A stretch of DNA of 64,000 bases, from NCBI GenBank assembly GCA_944393325.1, contig CALXZU010000001.1:35209-99208 (forward strand), in the 5' to 3' direction. The notes under the pieces were generated by a model, which saw nothing but the letters and a program-made list of their open reading frames with translations, did no database searches and was not told the DNA's origin. Numbering within the stretch: the stretch's first letter is position 1; the number at the start of each line of letters is the position of its first letter. This document shows, piece after piece, positions 1-9,666 of this stretch. A program made the translations under genes and the position numbers. Source of the DNA: an uncultured Clostridia bacterium (GTDB taxonomy: Bacteria > Bacillota > Clostridia > TANB77 > CAG-508).

Positions 1-17
1 ATGATGAGGTGGTATAA

Positions 18-152
18 ATGGAAATAAAAAAAGAAATTGAAAAAGAGTTAGAAATATTAAAAATATTAATAAAAGAAGAAAAAAACGAAGAGGTAAAAAA
101 ACAAAGGAAAATATTAGACAAACTATTAAATCAATATCTGAAAGATTTATAA
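18..152 (+). CDS. small helical protein, possibly Spo0E-family (tentative)
   Basis: Below the ORF-track size cutoff. ATG at 18 follows a GAGGTGG RBS. The 44-aa peptide ends RKILDKLLNQYLKDL, which resembles the Spo0E xxLDxLIxxY motif. By-eye call only. Confidence 0.3.
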   Translation: MEIKKEIEKELEILKILIKEEKNEEVKKQRKILDKLLNQYLKDL

Positions 153-247
153 AACGAAATGTATTACTATAAATTACGAAAACAATTCATTTATACTATA
201 GGAAATTTTTGATAATATAAACAAAAATAGAATAATAGGTGGTATAA

Positions 248-574
248 ATGAGAAAAGCAAGTACAATTAAAATAGGAAAAACAATAAAACAAATAAGAAA
301 AAGTAATGGTTATACTCAAGAAAAATTAGCTGAAAAAATTGAGGTTTCAGTAAGATATATAAGTGATATAGAACAAGATAGGGCAAAACCATCATATGAG
401 ATATTAATTAGAATTTGTAATTTATTTAATATTGGAATAAATCAAATATTTAGTAAATATCTTAAAGTAGAAGAAAATAGAACTTTAGAATATAAATTAG
501 CAGGATATGAGAAATTAAATGATAAAGATAAAGAAACAATAGAAAATTTAATAATGTTTTTTAATAAGGAGTAA
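248..574 (+). CDS. XRE-family helix-turn-helix transcriptional regulator
   Basis: 108 aa. The N-terminus IGKTIKQIRKSNGYTQEKLAEKIEVSVRYISDIEQDRAKPS is a typical Cro/C1 HTH. An AGGTGG RBS lies upstream. Confidence 0.8.
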   Translation: MRKASTIKIGKTIKQIRKSNGYTQEKLAEKIEVSVRYISDIEQDRAKPSYEILIRICNLFNIGINQIFSKYLKVEENRTLEYKLAGYEKLNDKDKETIENLIMFFNKE

Positions 575-652
575 GCGAGTTTGCTTACTTTCTATTTTTG
601 CTAGAAAAATTGAAAAAAAGGTGTTATAATATTTCTATCAAATAAATAAATT

Positions 653-2447
653 TTGGTGATGATGATGTTTAATATAGAAGAAGAACTAAAAAAATTACCA
701 GGAAAACCTGGTGTTTATGTAATGAGAGATAAAAATGATAATATAATATATGTTGGAAAGGCAGTGTCTCTAAAAAATAGAGTAAGGCAATATTTTAGGA
801 AAACAAATAAAACAGAAAGAATTAAGAAAATGGTAAGTCTGATAGACCATTTTGAATATATTGTAGTAGATAATGAAGCAGAAGCACTGATTTTAGAATG
901 TAATTTAATAAAGAAAAATAGACCTAAATTTAATGTTTTATTAAAAGATGATAAAACATATCCATATATTAAAATAGATTTAAAAAATGAATTTCCTGGA
1001 GTATTTATAACAAGAAGAGTTATAAATGATGGTTCTAAATATTTTGGACCATATGCAAATCCTGGAAGCGCAAAAGAGATGATAGATTTCATTAAAAGCA
1101 AATATAAAATACGTCAATGTAGAAACTTAAAAGAAAGACCACGTCCTTGTCTAAATTACCATATTGGAAGATGTTTAGCACCATGTTGTGGAAAAGTTTC
1201 GAAAGAAGAATATGGAAAACAAATTAAAGAAATAATTGACCTTTTAGATGGAAAGATAGATAAGGTAATTAAAGAGTTGAAGTATGAAATGGAAACAGCA
1301 TCTAAGAATTTAGATTATGAAAAAGCAGCAAGTATTAGAGATAGAATTGTTGCAATCAAAAGAGTTTCTGAAAAACAAAAGGTTTCTAATATATCAGAAA
1401 ATAGCATTGATGTAATTGGAATTGCAAAATCAGAAATGCAAATATGCATAGAGATATTTTTTGTTCGTGGAAGTAAAATGATAGGAAGAGAACATTATTT
1501 TTACCAAGATTTGAAGGATATGGAAGATAAAGAAATTTTATCAGGTTTTATAAAACAATATTATATGGATAATCCTAATATTCCTAGTAAAATAATGATT
1601 AGGGAAGAAATTGAAGATAAAACAGCAATTGAAGGGTGGTTATCCACATCTTTAGGAAAAAAAGTGGAAATAAAGTCACCAAAAAAAGGCGAAAAACTTC
1701 GCTTTGTTGAGATGGCAGAAATGAATAGCAAAGTTACTTTGGAAAATAAAGAAAAAGATAAAAGTGAGATATTGTTAGAGTTAAAAGCTGTATTAAATAT
1801 GGATAAATTACCAAGAAAAATAGAAAGTTATGATATATCAAATATTTCTGGTGAATTTATGGTAGCTCGGTATGTGTGTTATGCAAGATGGAGTAATAAA
1901 GAAAAACTTATCAAGAAGATTCAAAATAAAAGGTGTTTTTGGACAAGACGATCCAAAATGTATGGAAGAGGTTGTAACAAGGAGATTAAAGCACTCAATA
2001 GAAAATCCAAAAGGTGGTTTTGGAGAGCTTCCAGACGTCATATTTGCAGATGGGGGAATTACTCAAATAAGAGCAATAAAAATGGCAATTAAAAAATACA
2101 ATTTAAATATTCCTGTATATGGCATGGTTAAAAACGATAAACATCAAACAAGAGCTTTAATGGACGAAAATAGAAATGAATTTGAAATTTCACAAAATTT
2201 AATGAATCTAATTACTAAATTTCAAGATACAGTTCATGATACGGCAATTACTTATCATAGAAAATTACGAGATAAACAAGTTACAAAATCTGCATTAGAT
2301 GATATTCAAGGAATTGGAGAGGTTAAGAAAAAAGAATTGTTAAAACATTTTGGAAGTGTTAAAAATATAAAAGAAGCAAGTTTAGAAGAATTAACAGCTG
2401 TTAAAGGTATTACTGAAAAATTAGCAAAGAAAATTAAAGAATTATAA
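653..2447 (+). CDS. uvrC: excinuclease ABC subunit C (UvrC), frameshifted as sequenced at CGG 1868-1870
   Basis: The GIY-YIG N-terminus (GVYVMRDKNDNIIYVGKAVSLKNRVRQYF) is in ORF 653..2092. The conserved middle and the C-terminal HhH (IQGIGEVKKKELLKHFGS) are in ORF 1872..2447. Skipping C1868 joins ...ISGEFMVA-G-MCVMQDGVIKKNLSRRFKIKG. Confidence 0.9.
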
Positions 2448-2450
2448 AAA

Positions 2451-2497
2451 CTAGGTCGGTAGAACTAATATTTGTGCTACCAACCTAGGCTTTTTTA
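2451..2497 (+). terminator. rho-independent terminator after uvrC
   Basis: 12-bp stem ctaggtcggtag / ctaccaacctag with one C.A mismatch, followed by a T-run. Confidence 0.7.
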
Positions 2498-2687
2498 TTC
2501 AAATTGTGTGTTTTCTTGATACAAAACTTAGAAGTTTGTTGAACACAAAGAGTGTTAGTATTCTATTAATTAGAATTCCGAAAACTGACCATAAGAAATG
2601 CTAATTTTTACAAGAAATTTTTTATATGATGAATAAAAATCACTTTTAATGAATATATATATAAATAAGAAAATTAGAAAGGGTGAT

Positions 2688-2901
2688 ATGATGGAAAACA
2701 CAAATGATAGGTGGTATGAACTTATGTATGATACGAAATTGGACAAGTTAATTTTAAGAAAACCAAGATTTTTTCGGAAAAATGAAAAGGAAGATAAAAA
2801 GACATAAATTTATTTCAACAATAATAGTTACTATACTCATTTTTTCTATATTAAACATAACAATGATTTTTAGTTTTTTCAATATTTTGCAAAAAATTTA
2901 A
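2688..2901 (+). CDS. small membrane protein, only if a +1 shift at CGG 2775-2777 is accepted (tentative)
   Basis: The 0-frame ORF 2688..2807 (39 aa) contains an in-frame CGG. Skipping C2775 gives a 70-aa product ending in a hydrophobic helix (FISTIIVTILIFSILNITMIFSFF). No homology is recognised. Confidence 0.3.
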
Positions 2902-2948
2902 AAATATGGTAAAATGTTACTATTCTAAATAGAAAGGGTAGTAAATAA

Positions 2949-3818
2949 ATGAGACTTGCAGATGAATGGAAAGATTATAAAATATTAGATATGGCAGATG
3001 GACAAAAATTAGAAAAATGGGGAGATGTTATTTTATCAAGACCAGATCCTCAAATTATCTGGAAAAACAAATCATTTCCAGATAAGTGGAATAAAATTAA
3101 TGCTACATATCATAGAAGCAAAACAGGTGGAGGTTCTTGGGATTTTAATAAGAAATTACCAAGTTCATGGAAAATACATTATAAAGATTTAACCTTTAAT
3201 ATAAAACCTATGGGATTTAAACATACAGGATTGTTTCCAGAACAAGCTGTTAATTGGGACTGGATGATTAATAAAATAAGAAGTGAAAAAAGAGAAGTAA
3301 AAGTATTAAATTTATTTGCTTATACTGGAGGTGCAACAGTTGCATGTTTATCAGCAGGGGCATCAGTTTGTCATGTAGATAGTTCAAAAGGAATGACAAC
3401 ATGGGCAAAAGAGAATGTAATTTCATCAGGATTAAAAGATAAACCAGTTAGATTTATAGTGGATGATGTTGTGAAATTTGTAAATAGAGAAATAAGAAGA
3501 GGAAATAAATATGATGCAATAATTATGGATCCACCTTCATATGGAAGAGGAACTAAAGGTGAAATATGGCAATTTGAAAATAATATTTATGAGTTAGTGG
3601 AACTTTGTACAAAAGTATTATCAAATAAACCAGTATTTTTCCTGATAAATTCATATACAACTGGTATATCTAGTACTGTTTTGAAAAATATCTTAAATCT
3701 TACAATTAGTAAAAGATATAAAGGAAAAGAAGAATGTGGAGAAATTGGAATTCCAATGGAAAATTCTAAATTAGTTTTACCTTGTGGAATTTATGCTAGG
3801 TGGGAAAATAATGGATAA
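2949..3818 (+). CDS. class I SAM-dependent methyltransferase (RlmI/RlmK-like Methyltrans_SAM family)
   Basis: 289 aa. Carries a VLNLFAYTGGATVA SAM-binding motif and IIMDPPSYG motif IV. Confidence 0.8.
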   Translation: MRLADEWKDYKILDMADGQKLEKWGDVILSRPDPQIIWKNKSFPDKWNKINATYHRSKTGGGSWDFNKKLPSSWKIHYKDLTFNIKPMGFKHTGLFPEQAVNWDWMINKIRSEKREVKVLNLFAYTGGATVACLSAGASVCHVDSSKGMTTWAKENVISSGLKDKPVRFIVDDVVKFVNREIRRGNKYDAIIMDPPSYGRGTKGEIWQFENNIYELVELCTKVLSNKPVFFLINSYTTGISSTVLKNILNLTISKRYKGKEECGEIGIPMENSKLVLPCGIYARWENNG

Positions 3819-4518
3819 ATATAAAAATAAAAAAGAAAGAAAAATGAATTTAAATATAATTTATGAAGATAACCATATAATTGTAGTTGAAAAAATCCCC
3901 AATATTCTTTCACAAGATGATGAAACAGGTGATATTAGTATGATGAAACTAGTGAAAGATTATTTAAAAGAAAAGTATAATAAGCCAGGTAATGTCTATT
4001 TAGGATTAGTACATAGATTAGATAGACCAGTTGGTGGAGTGATAATATTTGCAAAAACTTCAAAAGCAGCTTCAAGATTATCTAATGAAGTAAGAGATAA
4101 GATTTTTAAGAAAGAATATTTAACAATAGTAGATGGAAAGTTTAAAGACAAAAATGGAACTTTAGAAAATTATTTATATAAAGATAAAAAGTCAAATACA
4201 AGTTTTGTGGTAAATAAAGAAAAGAAAGAAGCAAAAAAAGCAGTACTAGAATATGAAGTTTTAAAATATGATAAAGAACAAGATTTAAGTTTATTAAAAA
4301 TTAATTTACATACTGGAAGACATCACCAAATAAGAGTACAGCTTTCAAATATTAATCATAGTATCTATGGAGACCAGAAATATGGAACAAGAGGAAGGAA
4401 TAAACAAATAGCTTTGTGGGCATATAAACTTACAATTATACACCCTACTAAAAAGGAAAAAATTGTATTTACAAGCGTACCTAAAAAAATAGGCATATGG
4501 AAAATGTTAGATAGTTAA
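3811..4518 (+). CDS. RluA-family pseudouridine synthase
   Basis: HRLDRPVGGVIIFAKTSKAASRL catalytic-Asp motif and GRHHQIRVQL. Start chosen at ATG 3811 behind GGTGGGA; ATG 3844 is an alternative. Confidence 0.85.
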   Translation: MDKYKNKKERKMNLNIIYEDNHIIVVEKIPNILSQDDETGDISMMKLVKDYLKEKYNKPGNVYLGLVHRLDRPVGGVIIFAKTSKAASRLSNEVRDKIFKKEYLTIVDGKFKDKNGTLENYLYKDKKSNTSFVVNKEKKEAKKAVLEYEVLKYDKEQDLSLLKINLHTGRHHQIRVQLSNINHSIYGDQKYGTRGRNKQIALWAYKLTIIHPTKKEKIVFTSVPKKIGIWKMLDS

Positions 4519-4653
4519 AGGCATGGAATTTACATGTCTTTTTTACTGTATAAAATTTAAAAATTTTTTAAAACTTATATGAAATATTTGCATTTTACTG
4601 AAAAATATGTTACAATACCTAAGTAATATTAAAGACCGTTAGGAGGAGCAAAA

Positions 4654-4902
4654 ATGGAAATAGCAAAATGGATATTAATAGTAATATATTTGATAGTAGC
4701 ATTAGCACTAATAATATTAACATTAATACAATCAAAGGATGATGCAGGTTTATCATCTACAATAACAGGTTCGTCAACTAATAATTTCTTTGAAAAAAAC
4801 AAAGGAAGAACAAAAGAAGGAAAACAAAAAAGATGGACAGTTATATTATCAGTTATATTTGCAGTGCTTACAATAACTTTAGGAATTTTGTATATGGCAT
4901 AA
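4654..4902 (+). CDS. secG: preprotein translocase subunit SecG
   Basis: 82 aa with two TM helices flanking a polar loop, typical SecG layout, and sitting upstream of rnr. A TTGCAT-17-TGTTACAAT promoter lies at about 4589-4617. Confidence 0.8.
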   Translation: MEIAKWILIVIYLIVALALIILTLIQSKDDAGLSSTITGSSTNNFFEKNKGRTKEGKQKRWTVILSVIFAVLTITLGILYMA

Positions 4903-4983
4903 AAATTAGGGCGGTTTAAAAAACAAGCCCTTTTATTAGTAGAAAAAAATATTAAAAAAGAGAAAGAAGGAATTAAAAGTTAG

Positions 4984-7110
4984 ATGGAAGAACGAAAACA
5001 GAAGATTTTAGATTTAATGAATGATGATGATTATGTCCCGATGAAGGCAAAAGAAATAGCAATGATAATGAGAGTACCTAAAAATGAATATCATGATTTT
5101 TTGGAAGTAATAGGGCAATTAGAATTAGAATTAAAAATTCAAAAAAATAGAAAAAATAGGTATAGAATTTGTGAAAAAACGTATTATGAAGGATATTATA
5201 GAAAAAATCAAAAAGGATTTGGATTTGTAAAATTAGAAGATAGAGAAGATGAAATATATATATCAAAAGAAAATTCACTAAATGCCTTAAATGGAGACCA
5301 TGTGTTAATAGAGATAACAGACGAAGCAAATAAGGTAAAAAGTGGAGAGGGAAAAATAGTAAAAATATTAAAACATGAGAAAAATACTATAGTAGGAATA
5401 TTTAAATATAATAAAAACTTTGGATTTGTAATACCAGATGATAAAAACTTCGGAACAGATATATTTATATCTAAAAAGAACTTTGGAAAAGCAAGAAACA
5501 ACCATAAAGTATTAGTAAAAATAATTAAATATCCTGAAAAAGGGAAAAAGGCAGAAGGAAAAATAATTGAAGTGTTGGGAAATGTGAATGAAGCGGGAGT
5601 TGATATGTTATCAATAATAAAAGAACATGACCTTCCTTCAAAATTTCCAGAGCAGGTTGTAGAAGAAGCAAAAAAATATGGTAGAAAAATAAATGAAAAA
5701 GATATAAAAAACAGAAGAGATTTTAGAGATAGGAATATATTTACAATAGATGGAGAAGATGCAAAAGATTTAGATGATGCAGTAAGAGTTGAAAAATTAG
5801 ATAATGGTAATTATAGTTTAGAAGTACATATTGCAGATGTAAGTAATTATGTAAGAGAAAATAGTTTATTAGATAGTGAAGCATTATTAAGAGGAACAAG
5901 TATATATATGTTAGGTAGAGTAATACCAATGCTTCCAAGAGAGTTATCAAACGGGATATGTAGTTTGAATCAAGGGGAGGATAGGCTTACATTATCATGT
6001 ATAATGGAAATAGATAATAATGGAAATGTTGTATCGTCTGATATTTGCAAAGGAGTTATATGTGTAAAAGAAAGAATGACATATACTGATGTTCAAAAAA
6101 TATTAGATGGTACAGATGAAAAAGTATTAGAAAAGTATGGAAAATATATACAAGAATTCAAATTAATGGAAGAACTTGCACATATTTTAAAGAAAAGAAG
6201 ATTAGAAAATGGATATTTAAATTTAGATATTCCAGAAACAAAAATAGAATTGGATATTAATGGAAAAGCAATAGGTGTTGGAAAATATGAAACAAGTTTT
6301 GCAAATGAAATAATAGAACAATTTATGCTTACTGCAAATGAAACAATTGCTGAAAAATTTTATTGGTTACAAGCACCATTTATATATCGTGTACATGAAG
6401 AACCCGATTTAGAAAGGGTAAAAGAATTAAATAAATTTTTATATAATTATGGGTTAAAAATAAAAGCATCTAAAGATAACATATATCCGAAAGAATTTGC
6501 AAAGATACTTGACGAAATAAAGGGAAAAGAGGAAGAAAGAGTAATATCAACATTAATATTAAGAACACTTAAACTAGCAAGATACGAACCAGAAAACAAA
6601 GGACATTTTGGAATAGCAAGTAAGTTCTATTGTCATTTTACATCACCAATTAGGAGATATCCGGATTTATTTATACATAGAGTAATTTCAAAATATTTAG
6701 AAAGTAACTATGTAATAGATGAAGAAGAATCTAATATATTAGAAAAACAAGCAGAGGATAGAAGTATCAAAGCATCTGAAAGAGAAAAAATAGCAACAGA
6801 AGTTGAAAGAGAAGCAACTAAAATGAAAATGGCAGAATATATGGAAAGTAAAATTGGAGAAGAATATGATGCTATTATATCTTCAATAACATCATTCGGA
6901 GTATTTGCAGAGTTGGAAAATACAGTAGAAGGTTTAATTAGATTTGAAAATTTAGGTGATGAATATTTTATATATGATGAAGAAAGGAAAATTTTAATTG
7001 GAGAAATTACAAATAAAACTTATAAAATAGGAGACAAAATAAGAATAAGAGTAATACGTGCAAGTAAAGAATTAAAAGAAATTGATTTTGAAATAATTTT
7101 TAAAAATTGA
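4984..7110 (+). CDS. rnr: ribonuclease R
   Basis: 708 aa. Has cold-shock-like N-terminal domains, an RNB core (FTIDGEDAKDLDDAV, HFGIASKFYCHFTSPIRRYPDL) and a C-terminal S1 domain. Confidence 0.95.
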   Translation: MEERKQKILDLMNDDDYVPMKAKEIAMIMRVPKNEYHDFLEVIGQLELELKIQKNRKNRYRICEKTYYEGYYRKNQKGFGFVKLEDREDEIYISKENSLNALNGDHVLIEITDEANKVKSGEGKIVKILKHEKNTIVGIFKYNKNFGFVIPDDKNFGTDIFISKKNFGKARNNHKVLVKIIKYPEKGKKAEGKIIEVLGNVNEAGVDMLSIIKEHDLPSKFPEQVVEEAKKYGRKINEKDIKNRRDFRDRNIFTIDGEDAKDLDDAVRVEKLDNGNYSLEVHIADVSNYVRENSLLDSEALLRGTSIYMLGRVIPMLPRELSNGICSLNQGEDRLTLSCIMEIDNNGNVVSSDICKGVICVKERMTYTDVQKILDGTDEKVLEKYGKYIQEFKLMEELAHILKKRRLENGYLNLDIPETKIELDINGKAIGVGKYETSFANEIIEQFMLTANETIAEKFYWLQAPFIYRVHEEPDLERVKELNKFLYNYGLKIKASKDNIYPKEFAKILDEIKGKEEERVISTLILRTLKLARYEPENKGHFGIASKFYCHFTSPIRRYPDLFIHRVISKYLESNYVIDEEESNILEKQAEDRSIKASEREKIATEVEREATKMKMAEYMESKIGEEYDAIISSITSFGVFAELENTVEGLIRFENLGDEYFIYDEERKILIGEITNKTYKIGDKIRIRVIRASKELKEIDFEIIFKN

Positions 7111-7135
7111 TTTTGTTAATTTGATGTTGTATAAT
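7107..7135 (+). promoter_or_regulatory. sigma-A-like promoter driving GC-rich island gene A
   Basis: TTGATT (7107-7112, overlapping the rnr stop), 17 nt, then TATAAT (7130-7135). The 13-mer gatgttgtataat is identical to the infC promoter at 31093-31105. Confidence 0.4.
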
Positions 7136-7227
7136 ATAAATGTATAGTGTAGTAACTATATATTTCCCTTTTTCCTATCTGACAAGATAGTTTACATATA
7201 TAATGGCTTGACAAGAAAGGAGTAGGA

Positions 7228-7446
7228 ATGACCATCGAGCAGTTGCAAGAAGAGATTTATCGCAATGTCGATAAAATCTTGGATTTGCAGGACATTGTCT
7301 TTGAGGAGCAAATTCCGCAGGAAGAGCGTAAAGGGCACTTTGGTGTGAATTGGCACGCCAAGGAGCAAATCGAGGATGCGAAGAAGCGAATCGAGGAGCT
7401 TGAATCCAGGAATCGTGAGCTCGATAATCAAATCAATTTCTGCTAG
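7228..7446 (+). CDS. orphan coiled-coil protein (72 aa) in GC-rich island 1
   Basis: AAAGGAG RBS. Codon usage (GAG, CAG, CTC, CGC, AAG) is unlike the host. It has its own terminator. No family recognised. Confidence 0.5.
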   Translation: MTIEQLQEEIYRNVDKILDLQDIVFEEQIPQEERKGHFGVNWHAKEQIEDAKKRIEELESRNRELDNQINFC

Positions 7447-7470
7447 CAACAAGGTCATAAAGAAAGGGAG

Positions 7471-7503
7471 GAGAGAAGGTAGAAATCGCCTTCTCTCTTT
7501 ATA
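7471..7503 (+). terminator. terminator after island gene A
   Basis: Stem gagagaagg / ccttctctc followed by a T-rich tail. Confidence 0.65.
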
Positions 7504-7646
7504 AAAAGTAAAATTTACATAAATTGACTTTTTAGTATAAAAAATGTTATAATATAGATGTATAGGGAGATTCCTTATACATCTTCCTTAATGCACCAAT
7601 TTTTGGTGTTATTCAAATATCGGTCGCAAGAGAAAGGATCAAAAAA

Positions 7647-7847
7647 ATGGAGAGAAAAAAACTTGTCGAAAGCAAGAACACTGTTGAGAGCGACCTTTGT
7701 CGCAGTAAGGAAATTCTTCGAGACGCCGATATTAGTTCCGACAAATATTCTGATGATTACATTAAAGCTGTAAAGAGCATTGTCGGTATTAGAGAGAATG
7801 TCCTTGCAAAGATTGAAAGTGAGATAGCGTCTCTTGATGCCGAGTAG
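7647..7847 (+). CDS. orphan protein (66 aa) in GC-rich island 1
   Basis: AAAGGA RBS. Preceded by a TTGACT-17-TATAAT promoter (about 7525-7553) and a 5' leader with two hairpins. GC-rich codon usage. Confidence 0.45.
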   Translation: MERKKLVESKNTVESDLCRSKEILRDADISSDKYSDDYIKAVKSIVGIRENVLAKIESEIASLDAE

Positions 7848-7903
7848 CAGGGAAGACAGGATATGGTAGAATTACCATGTCAAAATGACGAGGATGATTA
7901 GTT

Positions 7904-8107
7904 GTGAAAATTGTGAAGATGGACGAACTGCGAACGAGCCCTTTTAGAAGGGTATTAAGCAAGCTGTTACATCGCTATTCAGTGATTTTAACAAGCGGAG
8001 CTGAGGTCAAGTATGATGAAAAGACATGTAAGTTTTCTTCAAGTAGCTTGATTAACAGAGATGACCAAAAAGAACTCCTTGAGCTCATGGACATCTGGAA
8101 CATCTAA
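7904..8107 (+). CDS. orphan protein (67 aa) in GC-rich island 1
   Basis: GTG start behind GAGGA. GC-rich. Followed by the terminator at 8114-8150. Confidence 0.4.
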   Translation: MKIVKMDELRTSPFRRVLSKLLHRYSVILTSGAEVKYDEKTCKFSSSSLINRDDQKELLELMDIWNI

Positions 8108-8113
8108 TCATTT

Positions 8114-8150
8114 AAAGACTAGGTTGGAGTTTTGCTCTGGCCTAGTCTTT
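8114..8150 (+). terminator. hairpin closing GC-rich island 1
   Basis: 10-bp stem aaagactagg / cctagtcttt. Confidence 0.6.
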
Positions 8151-8201
8151 AAATTAAATAAGATATAAATAGTCAAGAGGAGTTAAGATAGCAAACAATG
8201 A

Positions 8202-8381
8202 TTATTTCAAAATAATTGTTGTTATAAAAAATATTACTACAAAGATGGAAAATATAATAACAGAAAAACCGCCTATTTTATTTTTTTGTTCTCTAATTTC
8301 ATAAATTCCATAACCAATAGTTTTTAATAAAATAAAAACACTAAATACAATAAATAAAAAATCATAAATAAAATTTTGCAA
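8202..8381 (-). CDS. small two-TM membrane protein (59 aa, tentative)
   Basis: Below the ORF-track cutoff. TTG start behind GAAGGTG, directly downstream of gerAC. Hydrophobic sequence FIYDFLFIVFSVFILL...FSVIIFSIFVVIFFITTIIL. Confidence 0.3.
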   Translation of the reverse strand: MQNFIYDFLFIVFSVFILLKTIGYGIYEIREQKNKIGGFSVIIFSIFVVIFFITTIILK

Positions 8382-8398
8382 AAAATCACCTTCTTATT

Positions 8399-9650
8399 TT
8401 AAGTTTCAGAAATTAACATAGCAGATTTTACAGAAGTGTCTATATTAACATCAAAAAAAGCATTTTTATAACATTCAGGCCAATCATAATTTTCAAAATC
8501 ATTAGTGGTTAAAAAGTTTTTAGAAGCAAAAATTCCAAAGCCATTAATATCAGACTTTAAGTTTTTAGAACTTTTATATAAATAATCTAAAAACATAGAT
8601 TCTAAATACTTATTACAAGAATTGGAAATTATATCTAAAATCTCAGATGATAGATATTCGGAATTATCAGTCATTGAGTAAATTTGAGCAGTAAAATTAC
8701 AATTGATTTTTATATAAGGTGAAGAATTAGAAGTATCAATTTGTACATTTGTAGAATTTTTAGGAGTTATATAAATATCTAAATATTTATTATCATCTAA
8801 AGGGTCAGGTATAGAGACTAAAAATCTATCAACTTTATTTCTAATACTTAAAAAAGCCATTGTTTCTAATGCAGTTAATTCACCAACTAATTTATCATAT
8901 TTAAAAACAGCAACACCAATGTTTTCAACCTTATTTTCACCTTCGACAGAAGAATCATTAGCTTTAATATTATAATCTTTCTGAGAATTATTATTAGTAT
9001 TGTCACCAAAATCAGATGTTTCTAAACTATTAGTATTTGAATTATCCTTATTAATACCACCGGAGAATTGCATAAGGTTCACAAGTATTGCAATTAAGGC
9101 TATTAAAAAAGTCACCAATAGTAGCATTAGGAATGTGACCTACGTATTTACTAGATTCAGCAAAAATTTCATAATATTTAGAAAGAATGTTTTCAATTTC
9201 AGGCTTGACTTGATTCATATAAAATTTTGCATTACACTTGCTAATAATAATATTTGCAGAAGGACGTATTTGTGTATCATTAATCAAAGTATAAATCTCA
9301 TCTGAAATTCCTCTATATGCAATTTCTTCTGAAAAAATAATAACTTTACAATGAGAAAGATTAAGTTGTCTTCCTTGATAACCATTTACTAAATTAATAG
9401 CATTACTAAGAGAAGAAGCAGTAACAGTATTAATTATAGGATTAGGCTTTTCATTTGCACTAGATTCAGCAGGAATTGGGTTAGAAAAATGAAAACTAAC
9501 TTCTAAATTATTATTATCTGAGCTATCTATACCTATTGCTAAAACATATGTTAAGTTATCAATATTAAGAGAAGAATAGGAACTGGAAAAAGCAGAGATG
9601 AAAACTAAAATTACTACAAAAATGAAAATATTTTTAAACCATTTATTCAT
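8399..9650 (-). CDS. gerAC: Ger(x)C-family spore germination protein, frameshifted as sequenced at CGG (plus 9062-9060)
   Basis: The N-terminal part (9051..9650) carries the YVLAIGIDSSD...LEVSF motif. The C-terminal part is ORF 8399..9127. Skipping the C joins ...CEPYAIL-G-GINKDNSNT. Confidence 0.8.
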
Positions 9651-9666
9651 TTAAATACTCCTTAAA

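Noticed and set aside
2451-2462. CGG inside the uvrC terminator stem, and other intergenic CGGs at 4913, 30957 and 39916, considered as further insertion sites.
   Set aside because: They are non-coding. In the terminator, removing the C does not improve pairing (a T at that position would), so there is no evidence that they belong to the coding-phase phenomenon.
7123-7135. 13-mer gatgttgtataat shared between the island 1 promoter and the infC promoter (31093-31105), considered as a mobile or duplicated element.
   Set aside because: The identity does not extend beyond the -10 region. It is most simply two similar strong -10 elements.
7558-7773. 71-aa ORF overlapping the leader and start of island gene 7647-7847. 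It contains an in-frame CGG at 7621.
   Set aside because: It starts inside the promoter and leader hairpins, has no RBS, and overlaps a better-supported ORF in another frame.
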